64,000 bases of DNA from Candidatus Paralactobacillus gallistercoris (GCA_018883675.1 JAHLFS010000063.1:8104-72103); one strand, 5' to 3'; counted from the stretch's first letter, positions 34,088-44,667 are shown. The notes: generated by a model from the sequence alone, not told the origin. Numbers and translations are program-made.

Positions 34088-35092
34088 TTAATTTTTTTTA
34101 AAAAAATGATGGTGACCAGCGGCCTTTTCCAAACGATTCATATATGCAATACCAATTCCCGTCGCTGGAAAACCTTGCACCAAAATAGTCTTTACTTCTG
34201 GATACATATCAAAATATCGTAAGCCATCATATAAATGTTGGCTTGCTGAAACCACTGAATCACCAAGCGAAAATTGTTCTTTAAAGCGAACCACATGCTG
34301 TTGCGCTAAAACTTGATCAGTTGCCATAATCCCAAATGGTTCACCCGTTTGTTCCATTTGTGCAATTGCTTGTGGAAACTGTGATACTTTATCAACAATA
34401 ATCACTTGTGCTTGTGGTTCATAATGCTTATATTTTTGCGAGCCTGTTGCTGCTTCTTTTTGCATCATCACTGGTTGACCAATAACATCGGCAATTTCAT
34501 CAGCAGTAATAACTCCTGGGCGCAGAATCATTGGTTGCGCTAAACTCATATCGATAATGGTTGAATCAACCCCTACGTTAGTAGCACCATCATCCAGCAC
34601 TGCAACAATCTTACCACCAAGATCTTGTAACACATGTTCGGCCGTTGTGGGACTAGGGCGCCCCGAAGTATTAGCTGATGGACCAACAATCGGATCACCT
34701 AAAGCGGTAATCATCTGTAATGTTGCTTGATTATCAGGCATGCGAAACGCAATTGTTGGCAAACCATTAGTAACAATCTTATTAATGGCAGCATATTTTA
34801 ATGGCAAAATAATTGTCAGTGGTCCTGGCCAAAAATTTTCCATTAATAATTTTGCCGCGTCGGGAATATGAGCAGCATATTTTTTTACCATTGCAAACGA
34901 TGATACCGTCAGATTTAACGGATTATCAGTCGGACGATGCTTAACCGCGTATACTTGTTGCACTGCTTGTGGATTCAAAGCATCAGCGCCTAAGCCGTAT
35001 ACTGTTTCAGTTGGGAAAGCAACTAATTTTCCTTGTTTTAATAAATTAGCAGCAACTAAATAATCAGCTGCTGTCAGCCGTTTAGTTTCCAT
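34088..35092 (-). CDS. tsaC: L-threonylcarbamoyladenylate synthase (Sua5/YwlC type, two-domain TsaC)
   Basis: YrdC-like N-domain (AFPTETVYGLGADA) plus a Sua5 C-terminal domain. Synteny with prmC-prfA supports the call. Confidence 0.9.
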   Translation of the reverse strand: METKRLTAADYLVAANLLKQGKLVAFPTETVYGLGADALNPQAVQQVYAVKHRPTDNPLNLTVSSFAMVKKYAAHIPDAAKLLMENFWPGPLTIILPLKYAAINKIVTNGLPTIAFRMPDNQATLQMITALGDPIVGPSANTSGRPSPTTAEHVLQDLGGKIVAVLDDGATNVGVDSTIIDMSLAQPMILRPGVITADEIADVIGQPVMMQKEAATGSQKYKHYEPQAQVIIVDKVSQFPQAIAQMEQTGEPFGIMATDQVLAQQHVVRFKEQFSLGDSVVSASQHLYDGLRYFDMYPEVKTILVQGFPATGIGIAYMNRLEKAAGHHHFFKKN

Positions 35093-35094
35093 TT

Positions 35095-35952
35095 TTATGC
35101 CTCTTTTGGTGCTTGTACTTGTAACATGCGCATGTGACCAGCAATATCTTTACGAAAAGTTAAACGTGCTTGCGGCCATGCCTGGGTAAATAATTGCTGC
35201 AAAGCTGGCTGCTGATGATAACCAAATTCAAATAACGCCTGTCCTTGTGGAGTCAAATGAGTTGGTAACTGTGCAGCCAAACGTTCATAAATTGCTAAAC
35301 CTTGATGTTCAGCAAATAATGCCACATGTGGTTCATTTTGATAAACGCTGCGATCCATTACCGCAATTTCATTATAAGCAATATATGGCGGATTAGAGAT
35401 AATTAAATCAAATTTTTCATCACCAATCGGAGTAAATAAATCCCCTTGTTTGAAAGTTACATCCGCATGTAAAGTTTGTGCATTTTCTTGAGCAACTTGC
35501 AAGGCTGCTTGTGAAATATCCGTAGCCGTAACTTTTAATGTTGGTATTTTTTTCTTTAAAGTAATTGCTAAAATACCACTACCGGTACCAATATCAAGTA
35601 TCTTTTGATAGTGATGTTGTTTAATATTAACTAAAGCCCATTGACATAATTCTTCAGTTTCTAAACGTGGAATTAACACCGCTGGGGTAACTTTAAACTC
35701 ATAATCATTAAAAGGAGCTGTACCAATAATATACTGTGGCGGTTCATCATTAACGACCCGTTGAATCATATTTTGAAAAGTTTGCCACTGTTGTTCACTT
35801 AATTCATCACGATAATGTAACAATAACTGAGTATGATTCCATTTTTGCCAATGCTCCATTAAGTATTCAGCATCACTGCGGTCATGTGTGGTTTGGTCTA
35901 ATATTAAAAAAGCCCATTGGAGGGCTTTAAAAACAGTATGATTATAGTTCAT
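35095..35952 (-). CDS. prmC: Release factor glutamine N5-methyltransferase PrmC
   Basis: SAM motif ILDIGTGSG and the catalytic NPPY motif (IISNPPYI). It overlaps the prfA end. Confidence 0.95.
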   Translation of the reverse strand: MNYNHTVFKALQWAFLILDQTTHDRSDAEYLMEHWQKWNHTQLLLHYRDELSEQQWQTFQNMIQRVVNDEPPQYIIGTAPFNDYEFKVTPAVLIPRLETEELCQWALVNIKQHHYQKILDIGTGSGILAITLKKKIPTLKVTATDISQAALQVAQENAQTLHADVTFKQGDLFTPIGDEKFDLIISNPPYIAYNEIAVMDRSVYQNEPHVALFAEHQGLAIYERLAAQLPTHLTPQGQALFEFGYHQQPALQQLFTQAWPQARLTFRKDIAGHMRMLQVQAPKEA

Positions 35953-37027
35953 CTTGTAATTGTTCTAATTTCAAAGTTTGATCGTGAAGAATTAAAGCGT
36001 CAATGATTTCATCTAGTTCGCCATTCATAATCCGATCAAGTTTATTCAATGTCAAATTAATCCGGTGATCGGTAACCCGGTTTTGTGGATAATTATAAGT
36101 TCGAATCCGCTCTGAACGATCACCTGTACCGATTGCATTCTTCCGTTTTTGTGCATATTCATCTTGATTTTGCGATTCATAATAATCATAAACCCGTGAT
36201 TTCAAGATTTGTAACGCTTTAGCACGGTTTTGTTGTTGTGAACGTTGATCTTGCATCGCTACCACAATTCCCGTTGGAATATGTGTCATTCGCACTGCTG
36301 ATGAAGTCTTATTAATATGCTGACCACCAGCACCGCTAGAACGATAAACATCAACACGGATATCCTTAGGATCGATATCAATGTCAACTTCATCATATTC
36401 AGGCATAACCGCAACGGTTGCGGTTGAAGTATGTACTCGCCCCGCCGATTCCGTAACTGGTACCCGTTGTACCCGGTGCGCACCGTTTTCATATTTCAAT
36501 TTTGAATAAACATCTTTACCACTAATCATCATTGCAACAGTTTTAAAACCGCCAACTTCAGTTGGTGTTGAATCAATAATTTCGGTATGCCAGCCTTGTC
36601 GTTCAGCATAACGTTCGTACATATTTAATAAATCAGCCGCAAACAAGCTCGCTTCATCACCACCAGCTGCACCCCGAATTTCCATAATAATGTTTTTATC
36701 ATCATTCGGATCTTTCGGTAACATGAGCATTTTGATCGTTTCTTCAAGTTCTTCTTTTTCCTTAGTTAAGTTAGCCAAATCATCCTTAGCCAATTCTTCC
36801 AAATCAGGATCCTTGGTTTCACGCAAAACCTCTTCACTATCAGCAATATCTTTTACTACCTGCCGATAATGTTTATATTTGCTAACTACTTCACGGATAC
36901 TACCTTCTTCTTTAGATAATTCCATGTAGCGCTTTGTATCAGCAATAACATCTGGGTCGCTCATTAATTCTTGCAATTCATCATAACGATCAACCACACC
37001 TTGTAATTGTTCAAAAATTTTATCCAT
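35942..37027 (-). CDS. prfA: Peptide chain release factor 1
   Basis: GGQ motif ([10 protein letters not shown]) and the PVT codon-recognition tripeptide. Confidence 0.98.
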   Translation of the reverse strand: MDKIFEQLQGVVDRYDELQELMSDPDVIADTKRYMELSKEEGSIREVVSKYKHYRQVVKDIADSEEVLRETKDPDLEELAKDDLANLTKEKEELEETIKMLMLPKDPNDDKNIIMEIRGAAGGDEASLFAADLLNMYERYAERQGWHTEIIDSTPTEVGGFKTVAMMISGKDVYSKLKYENGAHRVQRVPVTESAGRVHTSTATVAVMPEYDEVDIDIDPKDIRVDVYRSSGAGGQHINKTSSAVRMTHIPTGIVVAMQDQRSQQQNRAKALQILKSRVYDYYESQNQDEYAQKRKNAIGTGDRSERIRTYNYPQNRVTDHRINLTLNKLDRIMNGELDEIIDALILHDQTLKLEQLQDEL

Positions 37028-37044
37028 AACGAACTCCTTATTAA

Positions 37045-37620
37045 TTACTTCTTCAATAATGGATGATAATAATGTTCACGACAAACTGGATAATAAGTAT
37101 CAATATCACCAATTTGAACTTGCTTACCACTATAAATCGGTTTACCATTTTGGACGCGCAAATTCATTGTTGCCTTGTGCTTACAAAACCAACAAATCGT
37201 TTTCATTTCTTCAATTTTGTCAGCATACAGCAATAAATACTTAGAACCTTCAAATAATTCGTTGCGAAAATCATTTTTTAAGCCAAAAGCAATTACGGGA
37301 ATACCTAATTCATCAACGACACGGGTTGCCTCAAGAATATGATGTTTCTTTAAAAATTGGGCTTCATCAATTAAAACACAGTTGGCTTCCTGATTAATCT
37401 CACATACTTTATCATAAATATTAGTATCAGTAAAAATGGGAATCGCTTCATGCTTAACACCCACACGACTAGCAATTACGCCAATGCCAGCACGATTATC
37501 AACCGCACTAGTCATAATAATCACTGGTTTATGTTGTTCTTCGTAATTATGGGCGACTTTTAAAATTTCAATTGATTTGCCGCTATTCATTGCACCATAA
37601 CGAAAAAACAATTGGGCCAT
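37045..37620 (-). CDS. tdk: Thymidine kinase
   Basis: P-loop GAMNSGKS and C-terminal zinc-binding cysteines (CWFC...CREH). Confidence 0.96.
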   Translation of the reverse strand: MAQLFFRYGAMNSGKSIEILKVAHNYEEQHKPVIIMTSAVDNRAGIGVIASRVGVKHEAIPIFTDTNIYDKVCEINQEANCVLIDEAQFLKKHHILEATRVVDELGIPVIAFGLKNDFRNELFEGSKYLLLYADKIEEMKTICWFCKHKATMNLRVQNGKPIYSGKQVQIGDIDTYYPVCREHYYHPLLKK

Positions 37621-37772
37621 ATTAACTTCCTTCTTACTACTTTTTTAATAAGTATACTCGTATTTTTAAGATATTTCGAGACAAAATAATATCAATAAGA
37701 TAAGATAATTTTTATGTAGATTCAATATTTATATGCTATTATTAGCACTAGGAAAAGAGGTTCAGTTTAGTT

Positions 37773-39122
37773 ATGTCAGTTAAAAGTTCATTAGCTACTG
37801 TTGTAGGTAAATCATCTTATTGGTTTCTTCATACTTTTTTAAAAGGCGGCAGTTCTCTTCCGGGAAAATTAGCTGTTAAAATTGATCCTAATGTTTTACA
37901 TGAATTAGGTAAAAACTATGACGTCATTTTAGTTACTGGCACTAATGGTAAGACTTTAACAACATCATTAATCGTTAAAATCATGCAACAAACTGGCGCT
38001 GATGTTGTTACTAATTCAACTGGTTCCAACATGGTACAAGGAATCACGACCGCTTTCTTAGCACATAAAAATAAACGTAGCGATCGCAAAGTTGCTGTCT
38101 TGGAAGTCGATGAAGCAAACGTCGCACCTATTTGTCAATACATTACGCCCAAAGCATTTGTATTAACAAATATTTTCCGTGATCAGATGGACCGTTATGG
38201 TGAAATTTATACCACGTATAACAAAATTTTAAATGGTATCAAACTAGCACCAAGTGCCACCTTAATTATGAACGGTGATGCGCCTATTTTCTCATCTAAA
38301 GAGTTACCAAATCCCAAAATTTATTATGGTTTCAATGACCAAACAACTGACCATGATTTGGTTGCAGCGCCAAATACAGATGGCGTTTTGTGTCCACGTT
38401 GTAACCATATTTTGCATTACCATTTCTTAGTTTATAGTAATCTCGGCGATTACTTCTGCCCTAATTGTGGTTTTCATCGTCCTGAATTGAATTTTGCGGT
38501 TACTAAGTTAGGTGATAGAACCCCAACTTCATCACAATTTGAAATTGACGGCTATCCATTTGAAATTAAAATTGGCGGTTTATATAACATTTATAACACG
38601 TTAGCCGCTTATGCAGTTGGTCGTTTCATGCACATTGGTCCCAAAGCCATTAGCCAAGCATGCGAATATGATGAAAAAGTATTTGGTCGTCAAGAAGTAG
38701 TCAATATTGATGGTAAAGAAGTTACCTTAATTTTAGTTAAGAATCCGGTTGGTTTAAATCAAGTTTTAGACATGATTGAACTAGATAAAGATAAATTCTC
38801 ACTAGCCTTCTTATTAAATGCTAAGTATGCTGATGGTATCGACACAAGTTGGATTTGGGACGGTAACTTTGAAAAACTAGTTAATAGTGGCAAAGTTGAT
38901 CATTATTTAGCTGGCGGTGAACGTTATAAAGATGCCTCATTCCGACTCAAAGTAGCTGGAGTTGATGACAAAGATCTTACCATTACTGAAGGTTTAGATC
39001 ATGTCATTGATGAAATTAAACAATTACCAAATAACCATGTTTATGTTTTAGCTACTTATACAGCAGTCTTACAATTACGTAAATTATTAGCCGAACAAGG
39101 TTACATTAAAAATAGAATGTAA
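37773..39122 (+). CDS. murT: Lipid II isoglutaminyl synthase subunit MurT (Mur-ligase-like with DUF1727 C-domain)
   Basis: Mur ligase P-loop VTGTNGKTLTTS, a Cys4 ribbon (CPRC...CPNC) and a C-terminal DUF1727-like region (DTSWIWD). Confidence 0.9.
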   Translation: MSVKSSLATVVGKSSYWFLHTFLKGGSSLPGKLAVKIDPNVLHELGKNYDVILVTGTNGKTLTTSLIVKIMQQTGADVVTNSTGSNMVQGITTAFLAHKNKRSDRKVAVLEVDEANVAPICQYITPKAFVLTNIFRDQMDRYGEIYTTYNKILNGIKLAPSATLIMNGDAPIFSSKELPNPKIYYGFNDQTTDHDLVAAPNTDGVLCPRCNHILHYHFLVYSNLGDYFCPNCGFHRPELNFAVTKLGDRTPTSSQFEIDGYPFEIKIGGLYNIYNTLAAYAVGRFMHIGPKAISQACEYDEKVFGRQEVVNIDGKEVTLILVKNPVGLNQVLDMIELDKDKFSLAFLLNAKYADGIDTSWIWDGNFEKLVNSGKVDHYLAGGERYKDASFRLKVAGVDDKDLTITEGLDHVIDEIKQLPNNHVYVLATYTAVLQLRKLLAEQGYIKNRM

Positions 39123-39126
39123 TATA

Positions 39127-39153
39127 AAAATCCCCTAATAAGGGGATTTTTTT
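39127..39153. terminator. Intrinsic terminator after murT
   Basis: Hairpin AAAATCCCC-taataa-GGGGATTTT followed by a T-run. Confidence 0.85.
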
Positions 39154-39156
39154 GTA

Positions 39157-39187
39157 CAAAAAAGAAGTATTGCGTAGCAATACTTCT
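39157..39187 (-). terminator. Intrinsic terminator after tRNA-Glu
   Basis: Perfect 11-bp hairpin AGAAGTATTGC-gta-GCAATACTTCT, followed by T6 on the minus strand. Confidence 0.85.
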
Positions 39188-39207
39188 ACCGACACCAAAC
39201 CCTATAA

Positions 39208-39279
39208 TCACCCGTACGGGAATCGAACCCGCAACTCCGCCTTGAGAGGGCGACGTCTTAACCATTTGACCAACGGGCA
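39208..39279 (-). tRNA. tRNA-Glu (anticodon CUC), no encoded CCA
   Basis: The minus-strand read is TGCCCGTTGGTCAAATGGTTAAGACGTCGCCCTCTCAAGGCGGAGTTGCGGGTTCGATTCCCGTACGGGTGA. It folds as a cloverleaf nearly collinear with B. subtilis tRNA-Glu, as recalled from memory. The anticodon loop is CT-CTC-AA and the first acceptor pair is U1:G72. Confidence 0.85.
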
Positions 39280-39304
39280 ATAATAAGACTATTTCCTAAA
39301 AATA

Positions 39305-39332
39305 ATTTTAGCGAATTTACGTTTAAAGTCAA
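39305..39332 (-). promoter_or_regulatory. Promoter of tRNA-Glu(CUC)
   Basis: On the minus strand: -35 TTGACT (39332-39327), a 16-nt spacer, and -10 TAAAAT (39310-39305). Confidence 0.65.
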
Positions 39333-39337
39333 GATGA

Positions 39338-39532
39338 TTATTTTTTATGACCACGCCACCAACAATAACCCATTAGTATTAATAAAAGTGCACAATACAA
39401 CGACAGTAAAAAAACGATAATATTCAAAAGTTCATTTTGCATATTAAAATTAGCGGCCATTAACAAAAAAGTTAAGATAATAAATTTAAAAAATTGGCGT
39501 GCCAATCTTTTAAAAATAACTTGATAATGCAT
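39338..39532 (-). CDS. Hypothetical small membrane protein (64 aa, 2 TM)
   Basis: AT-rich hydrophobic ORF beginning 5 nt downstream of the ybjQ stop. No family recognised. Confidence 0.4.
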   Translation of the reverse strand: MHYQVIFKRLARQFFKFIILTFLLMAANFNMQNELLNIIVFLLSLYCALLLILMGYCWWRGHKK

Positions 39533-39537
39533 AACAA

Positions 39538-39882
39538 TTAATCAATGAAGCGAACCGCTGTGCCATAAGCAACAACACTTTGCATATCGCCACTAATTGC
39601 CCCTGAATCAAAGCGCATCATTACGACCGCATCCGCATTAACATCAGCTGCTTCACTACGCAATCGTTCAATGGCTTTTTCGCGTGCTTTATAAAGCATA
39701 TTAGTATACGCTTTAATTTCACCACCAATAATGTTTTTTAAATTAGCACCCCAGTTACTCATAATATTTTTTGATTGGGTTGTTACTCCAAAGACTTCAC
39801 CAATTACTTCGTAGTTATGACCAGGAATAGTTTCAGTAGTGGTAATTAAAATATCATCATGATTATTAAACATTATACTCAC
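39538..39882 (-). CDS. YbjQ/UPF0145 family protein
   Basis: Sequence typical of the family ([18 protein letters not shown]...[10 protein letters not shown]...VVAYGTAV). Confidence 0.85.
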   Translation of the reverse strand: MSIMFNNHDDILITTTETIPGHNYEVIGEVFGVTTQSKNIMSNWGANLKNIIGGEIKAYTNMLYKAREKAIERLRSEAADVNADAVVMMRFDSGAISGDMQSVVAYGTAVRFID

Positions 39883-39960
39883 CTATTTCATTAAGAATTG
39901 CACTTATTTTAACATGAAAAAAGCGGTCATGAAAATCCATGACCACTTAAAAAATAATCA

Positions 39961-41391
39961 TTAAAGGTTCTTATCCATGTTAAATGTCAATTTAGATAAC
40001 TGGATACCTTTCATAATTAACTTGTTAATTAACGCCTTAGTACGTTGCTTCATATCAGCAACCATTTCATAGTTCTTTTGTGTTAAGAGTGCTGTCAATT
40101 CTGCACCATGTTTATCTTTGGCTTCGGCATCAAATTTAGCTAACAAAGTCCGCTGTTGTTGCCGGCAATCTTTCAAATAATCAAGATCATCCTGGATAAA
40201 CTTACTGTAATGACTTTCAACTAGCATTGATAAATGACGATACATCCAGTATGCTGAATCACTATCAATATCCATGGTTAACGGTGTTGACGAGTAACTA
40301 GGATCAGTATCATTAGCATTGGTATAAAATGGCACATATGGCGTAAATGATGGAAAGCCGATACATAAGTACATTATTCCTTGCATTTCTTCAGGAACAT
40401 CATTCCGTAATTGCAAAATATGGGAATTCTGCGTCCGGTTTAAGCCAATCGGCCGGTAACGTAACTTATCAGCTGCATCACCATGACCTAATGGATCAAA
40501 CTTAGTTTCGTTATAATGCGAGCCTAAATAGTATTCAATATCATCAGTGGTAATTTTATGATCGGCATGCATAATAAATGGCATTTCACCACTTTCCGGA
40601 TCATTTTCTGAGCCAGGATTAAACAAATTATGACCATACCATACTCGTGGAGTATTGTAATGGCGGTCTTTTTCATTGAAAGTACCAAAAATATGCCGTA
40701 AATTCCAACCATTTTGATCTGGATTTAAATGATGTTCAGCAACAAATTCGCGAATACCATCAGCCCATTGGAAATTATCAGTATCATTAAAGTCAACTTC
40801 TTGAATAGCTACTTCATTAGCAACTACGGCATAAGCGTCATCAGGAATACGTTGTGCTAACCATAAATGTCCAGTAACAATTTCCATATACCAAGCTTCA
40901 TTTTTATCCGCAAATAACACTGAATTACCAGCTGGTGAACCATATTTAGTAATCAAATTACCTAAATATTGAACCGCTTGTCGCGCTGATTCAATGAACG
41001 GTAAAGTAGCATTAACAATACAGTCTTCGTCCAAGCCATCCTTAACTAACGGATCATAAGCTAAGGCACGTTCATTGCCATAAGTTGATTCAGTTGCAGA
41101 CATCGCAACATTTTTTTCATTAATGCCGCTTTCTTCATAATAGCCTTCTTTTTGATAATCAACATTAGGCACCGCGTTATAGCGATAGCCATCTGCTGGT
41201 AATTCCATGGCAAAACCATTTAACCACGATTTAAGCATTTGTCCTTTTTGATTATGCCATGCTGGATGCATATAAAAACGCTGTGGTGTTAGTGGTAAAA
41301 AGGTATCATCATTACGAGCAATCATCACGGAACCATCAATACTTGCTTTTTTACCGACTAACATTGAAGTACAAGCACGTTCAATTTCCAT
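39961..41391 (-). CDS. pepD: C69-family dipeptidase (PepD/PepDA type)
   Basis: N-terminal nucleophile Cys in the context MEIERACTSMLVGKKAS. The start ATG at 41391 lies behind the GAAAGAAGG SD; the track ORF begins 15 codons earlier. Confidence 0.88.
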   Translation of the reverse strand: MEIERACTSMLVGKKASIDGSVMIARNDDTFLPLTPQRFYMHPAWHNQKGQMLKSWLNGFAMELPADGYRYNAVPNVDYQKEGYYEESGINEKNVAMSATESTYGNERALAYDPLVKDGLDEDCIVNATLPFIESARQAVQYLGNLITKYGSPAGNSVLFADKNEAWYMEIVTGHLWLAQRIPDDAYAVVANEVAIQEVDFNDTDNFQWADGIREFVAEHHLNPDQNGWNLRHIFGTFNEKDRHYNTPRVWYGHNLFNPGSENDPESGEMPFIMHADHKITTDDIEYYLGSHYNETKFDPLGHGDAADKLRYRPIGLNRTQNSHILQLRNDVPEEMQGIMYLCIGFPSFTPYVPFYTNANDTDPSYSSTPLTMDIDSDSAYWMYRHLSMLVESHYSKFIQDDLDYLKDCRQQQRTLLAKFDAEAKDKHGAELTALLTQKNYEMVADMKQRTKALINKLIMKGIQLSKLTFNMDKNL

Positions 41392-41457
41392 TAACAAAAC
41401 CTTCTTTCTTATATGATCACTATAATCATACACCAAAATAATGATTACGTTTACAAT

Positions 41458-42525
41458 CTAGTCATCACAGTGATATTTATGACGTGTAATATAAGTAAAG
41501 CCTAAGATAAATAATGCCGAAATAACACAACCTAAAATGTTGTTAAAAATACGTAGACCTACACTAAATCCATTGCCATAAATAGCCGATGCTAATACTA
41601 ATGCACCAAAGCAATTAAAAACAGTATTCCAGTGATACGTTGTGGTAAAGCCTACTAAAAAACCACCAAGTGGACCCATAATCGTATCTAATGAACGAGG
41701 CAAAATAGTATAAATCACCCCAAAAATACAAGAACCAATAATAATTCCCACAATTCGCTGCAACATCCGTGATTTTAGTTGTAATTTGTATGGTGACAAA
41801 ATTGAAAGTGAAGCCACACCAACCCAGAAATAACGTGGTAAATGACAAGCTTGACCAATAAATAACCCCAAACTAATACCAAAAGCTAAACGGAATTGCC
41901 AACGACATTTTTCTTCTTTAAATGAATAATTTTTAATAACCGTGCTAAACTGCCGATCCCGAAATTGCGTACGATGTTTTTGGTATAAAATCAAACCACA
42001 GAGAATAAAGCCACAAAACACCTGCAATAACCGCATTTGCAAATCATGAACTGATGTTGTTGGAAAATACGTTGCAAATAAATAGGCAAAAGCATAAATG
42101 CCCACATTCCCCATTTGGGGATTATCACAAGTCATAATAGTAATCGTAAATAATAAGCCAAAATTAACAAGCAACCCCATTAAAGCCGGTAATTTCGGTA
42201 CAATGGCGCCACTCAAGCCCATAATTAAACAAATAATCGCAAAGTTTAGTAAGGTTGCCTTAATATTGTAATCATAGCCAACAAACTGTGCTTGCAATAA
42301 AATACAGAAAAACGCAACGGCAATGCTGGCATTTTCTTTACCAAAAAGCAATGTTGAAATAATAATAAACAGCATTGCAAAAGTAACTAATAAAATACTG
42401 CGAATTAAAATAATATTTTTATAGTAACGCCGTTTTTTTAAATCATTAGTAGCTAAAATTAATTGGTTTAACTGCACGGGATTCAACTGTAATAACTGAT
42501 AAAAACTTAACTTTTTTGCTGTCAC
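41458..42525 (-). CDS. Polytopic membrane protein, FUSC / aromatic acid exporter-like
   Basis: 355 aa with ~10 TM helices in two hydrophobic halves separated by a basic loop (QKHRTQFRDRQF). The family call is tentative. Confidence 0.5.
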   Translation of the reverse strand: MTAKKLSFYQLLQLNPVQLNQLILATNDLKKRRYYKNIILIRSILLVTFAMLFIIISTLLFGKENASIAVAFFCILLQAQFVGYDYNIKATLLNFAIICLIMGLSGAIVPKLPALMGLLVNFGLLFTITIMTCDNPQMGNVGIYAFAYLFATYFPTTSVHDLQMRLLQVFCGFILCGLILYQKHRTQFRDRQFSTVIKNYSFKEEKCRWQFRLAFGISLGLFIGQACHLPRYFWVGVASLSILSPYKLQLKSRMLQRIVGIIIGSCIFGVIYTILPRSLDTIMGPLGGFLVGFTTTYHWNTVFNCFGALVLASAIYGNGFSVGLRIFNNILGCVISALFILGFTYITRHKYHCDD

Positions 42526-42586
42526 CTGTTAATCTCCTCCTGTCTTTATTGTAGTAATTTAATTTTTTAAAACAAAATATAAGCAT

Positions 42587-42619
42587 ACAAAAAAGCAGTT
42601 TGTATCAAACAAACTGCTT
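42587..42619 (-). terminator. Intrinsic terminator after tRNA-Gln
   Basis: Hairpin AAGCAGTTTGT-atca-ACAAACTGCTT, followed by T6 on the minus strand. Confidence 0.85.
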
Positions 42620-42635
42620 AATTACTGTATGATAA

Positions 42636-42707
42636 TTGGGTAACTTGGGATCGAACCAAGAAATTATGGATTCAGAGTCCACTGCGTTACCATTTCGCTA
42701 CTACCCA
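42636..42707 (-). tRNA. tRNA-Gln (anticodon CUG), no encoded CCA
   Basis: The minus-strand read is TGGGTAGTAGCGAAATGGTAACGCAGTGGACTCTGAATCCATAATTTCTTGGTTCGATCCCAAGTTACCCAA. It has the U1-A72 first pair characteristic of bacterial tRNA-Gln, anticodon loop CT-CTG-AA, and a T-arm CTTGG-TTCGATC-CCAAG. Confidence 0.88.
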
Positions 42708-42724
42708 ATTTTTATTACAGTTAC

Positions 42725-42753
42725 ATTTTAAATTTTAAAGAATAATTTGTCAA
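42725..42753 (-). promoter_or_regulatory. Promoter of tRNA-Gln(CUG)
   Basis: On the minus strand: consensus -35 TTGACA (42753-42748), a 17-nt spacer, and -10 TAAAAT (42730-42725). Confidence 0.7.
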
Positions 42754-42758
42754 TCAAA

Positions 42759-43232
42759 TTAATAAATTGTTTTATCCTGATCAGCGGCAAAGGCTTCAAA
42801 ATTCTTAATTGTTATATCACGATCATGTTGTGTTAAATCAAGAATTTGTGGATCTTTCATACCATCTTTAATAAATTTATAAATAAAATCATCACGAAAG
42901 CCAATCGCAGCAGCATCTTTAGGGGTATTACCATAATAAACAGTTTTGATATTAGCCCAGATAATTGCACCTAAACACATCGGACATGGATAAGCATTAG
43001 TATACAATTCACAGCCACTAAGATCATACGTATGTAATGCTTGGCATGCTTTCCTAATCGTAGTAATTTCACCATGAGCAGTCGGATCATCGTCAACTAA
43101 TACCCGGTTATGACCACTAGCAATCACTTGCCCATCTTTAACGATGACTGAACCAAACGGCCCGCCATCACGTGTTTTTAAATTACTAGCTGCCTCTTGC
43201 ACAGCTAATTCCATAAATTTTTTATTATACAT
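42759..43232 (-). CDS. guaD: CDA-fold zinc deaminase, guanine deaminase GuaD-like
   Basis: Motifs GGPFGSVIV, AHGE and PCPMC are collinear with B. subtilis GuaD as recalled. The start is set at MYNKKFMELAV by that alignment; the track ORF extends to 43256 and overlaps pgi. Confidence 0.72.
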   Translation of the reverse strand: MYNKKFMELAVQEAASNLKTRDGGPFGSVIVKDGQVIASGHNRVLVDDDPTAHGEITTIRKACQALHTYDLSGCELYTNAYPCPMCLGAIIWANIKTVYYGNTPKDAAAIGFRDDFIYKFIKDGMKDPQILDLTQHDRDITIKNFEAFAADQDKTIY

Positions 43233-43236
43233 ATAA

Positions 43237-44550
43237 TCATTCCATTTCATTATCATGTTTTAGTAATGCAAACATATTCTTCTTATAAGCCTCAACGCCG
43301 GGTTGATCAAACGGGTTAATGCCATTAAGATAACCGGAAATAGCCGCGGCAATTTCAAAAAAGTAAATTAAATAACCTAGTGAATAAGCACTTAATTCCG
43401 GAATATCAACACTCATTACTGGTACGCCACCAGCTAAGTGGGCTTGAATCACACCTGTATAAGCGGTGTGATTAACTTGATTGATTGAACGGCCTGCCAA
43501 GTAATTTAAACCATCATAATTATCAGCATCAGTTGGTACCGAAAGGTCATGTGGTACCTTTGCTACATTTAAAACGGTTTCCATTAAAATTCGGCGGCCG
43601 TCTTGAATATATTGTCCCAACGAATGTAGATCAGTCGTAAAGTTAGCAGCAGATGGATAAATACCTTTGCCATCCTTACCTTCTGATTCACCCATTAATT
43701 GTTTCCACCATTCACTAAAATAATGTAAATTAGGTTCATAACTTTCTAATAATTCAATGGCATAGCCTTTACGATATAAAATATTTCGCAATGCTGCATA
43801 ACGATAAGCATCATTATGCATAATATCCGGATCATGATAAGCCAACCGCGCATCAGCTGCACCTTGTAATAATTGGGTTATATCACCACCAGCAACGGCA
43901 ATTGGTAATAAACCTACTGGTGTTAATACAGAAAAGCGTCCGCCAATATCGTCAGGAATAACAAAAGTTTGATAGCCTTTTGCTAGCGCTTCTGCTTTCA
44001 ACGCACCATGCTGACGATCAGTAGTTATAAAAAGATGATTTTTAATTTCATCATCACCATATTGGACTTGCAGTTTTTGCTTAAGTACACGCCAAGCTAA
44101 CGATGGTTCTAGCGTTGTGCCTGATTTAGAAATCACATTAACGGCAAAATCATGCCCGTCAAGTAAAGTTAGTAAATCAGCTAAGTAGGCACTACTTAAC
44201 GAATTACCTGCATATAATATTTGTGGTGTATGACGGTTAGGATTGTCATTATAAAAATTACCATTTAAATATGCAATTGCCATGCGTTGGCCAAGATAAG
44301 AACCACCAATACCAATAGAAATAAATATTTCGGAATTATGTTGAATTAGTGCAGCCGTATCTTTAATACGTTGTAATTCTAACTTATCATATGTTACGGG
44401 CCAATTTAAAAAGCCACGAAAAGTATGCCCGGCCCCCGTACCGCTACGTAGTAACTGGTCAGCAGTATTAATCATTGGTTGTATTTGTACTAATTCATGA
44501 GCATGTACAAATTGATTGATATATTGATCATTTAAACTAATATAAGCCAT
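43237..44550 (-). CDS. pgi: Glucose-6-phosphate isomerase
   Basis: Motifs GIGGSYLG and [10 protein letters not shown] in a 437-aa Bacillota-type PGI. Confidence 0.96.
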   Translation of the reverse strand: MAYISLNDQYINQFVHAHELVQIQPMINTADQLLRSGTGAGHTFRGFLNWPVTYDKLELQRIKDTAALIQHNSEIFISIGIGGSYLGQRMAIAYLNGNFYNDNPNRHTPQILYAGNSLSSAYLADLLTLLDGHDFAVNVISKSGTTLEPSLAWRVLKQKLQVQYGDDEIKNHLFITTDRQHGALKAEALAKGYQTFVIPDDIGGRFSVLTPVGLLPIAVAGGDITQLLQGAADARLAYHDPDIMHNDAYRYAALRNILYRKGYAIELLESYEPNLHYFSEWWKQLMGESEGKDGKGIYPSAANFTTDLHSLGQYIQDGRRILMETVLNVAKVPHDLSVPTDADNYDGLNYLAGRSINQVNHTAYTGVIQAHLAGGVPVMSVDIPELSAYSLGYLIYFFEIAAAISGYLNGINPFDQPGVEAYKKNMFALLKHDNEME

Positions 44551-44667
44551 AATTATCTCCTTGTAGCTTACGTTATACTGTTACTTTATATGGTTTAATT
44601 TTCAAAAGCAAGCAATAATGTAAGCCCTCTCAATTATGACAACTTGGTTAAGTTTACTTCATTTAGG

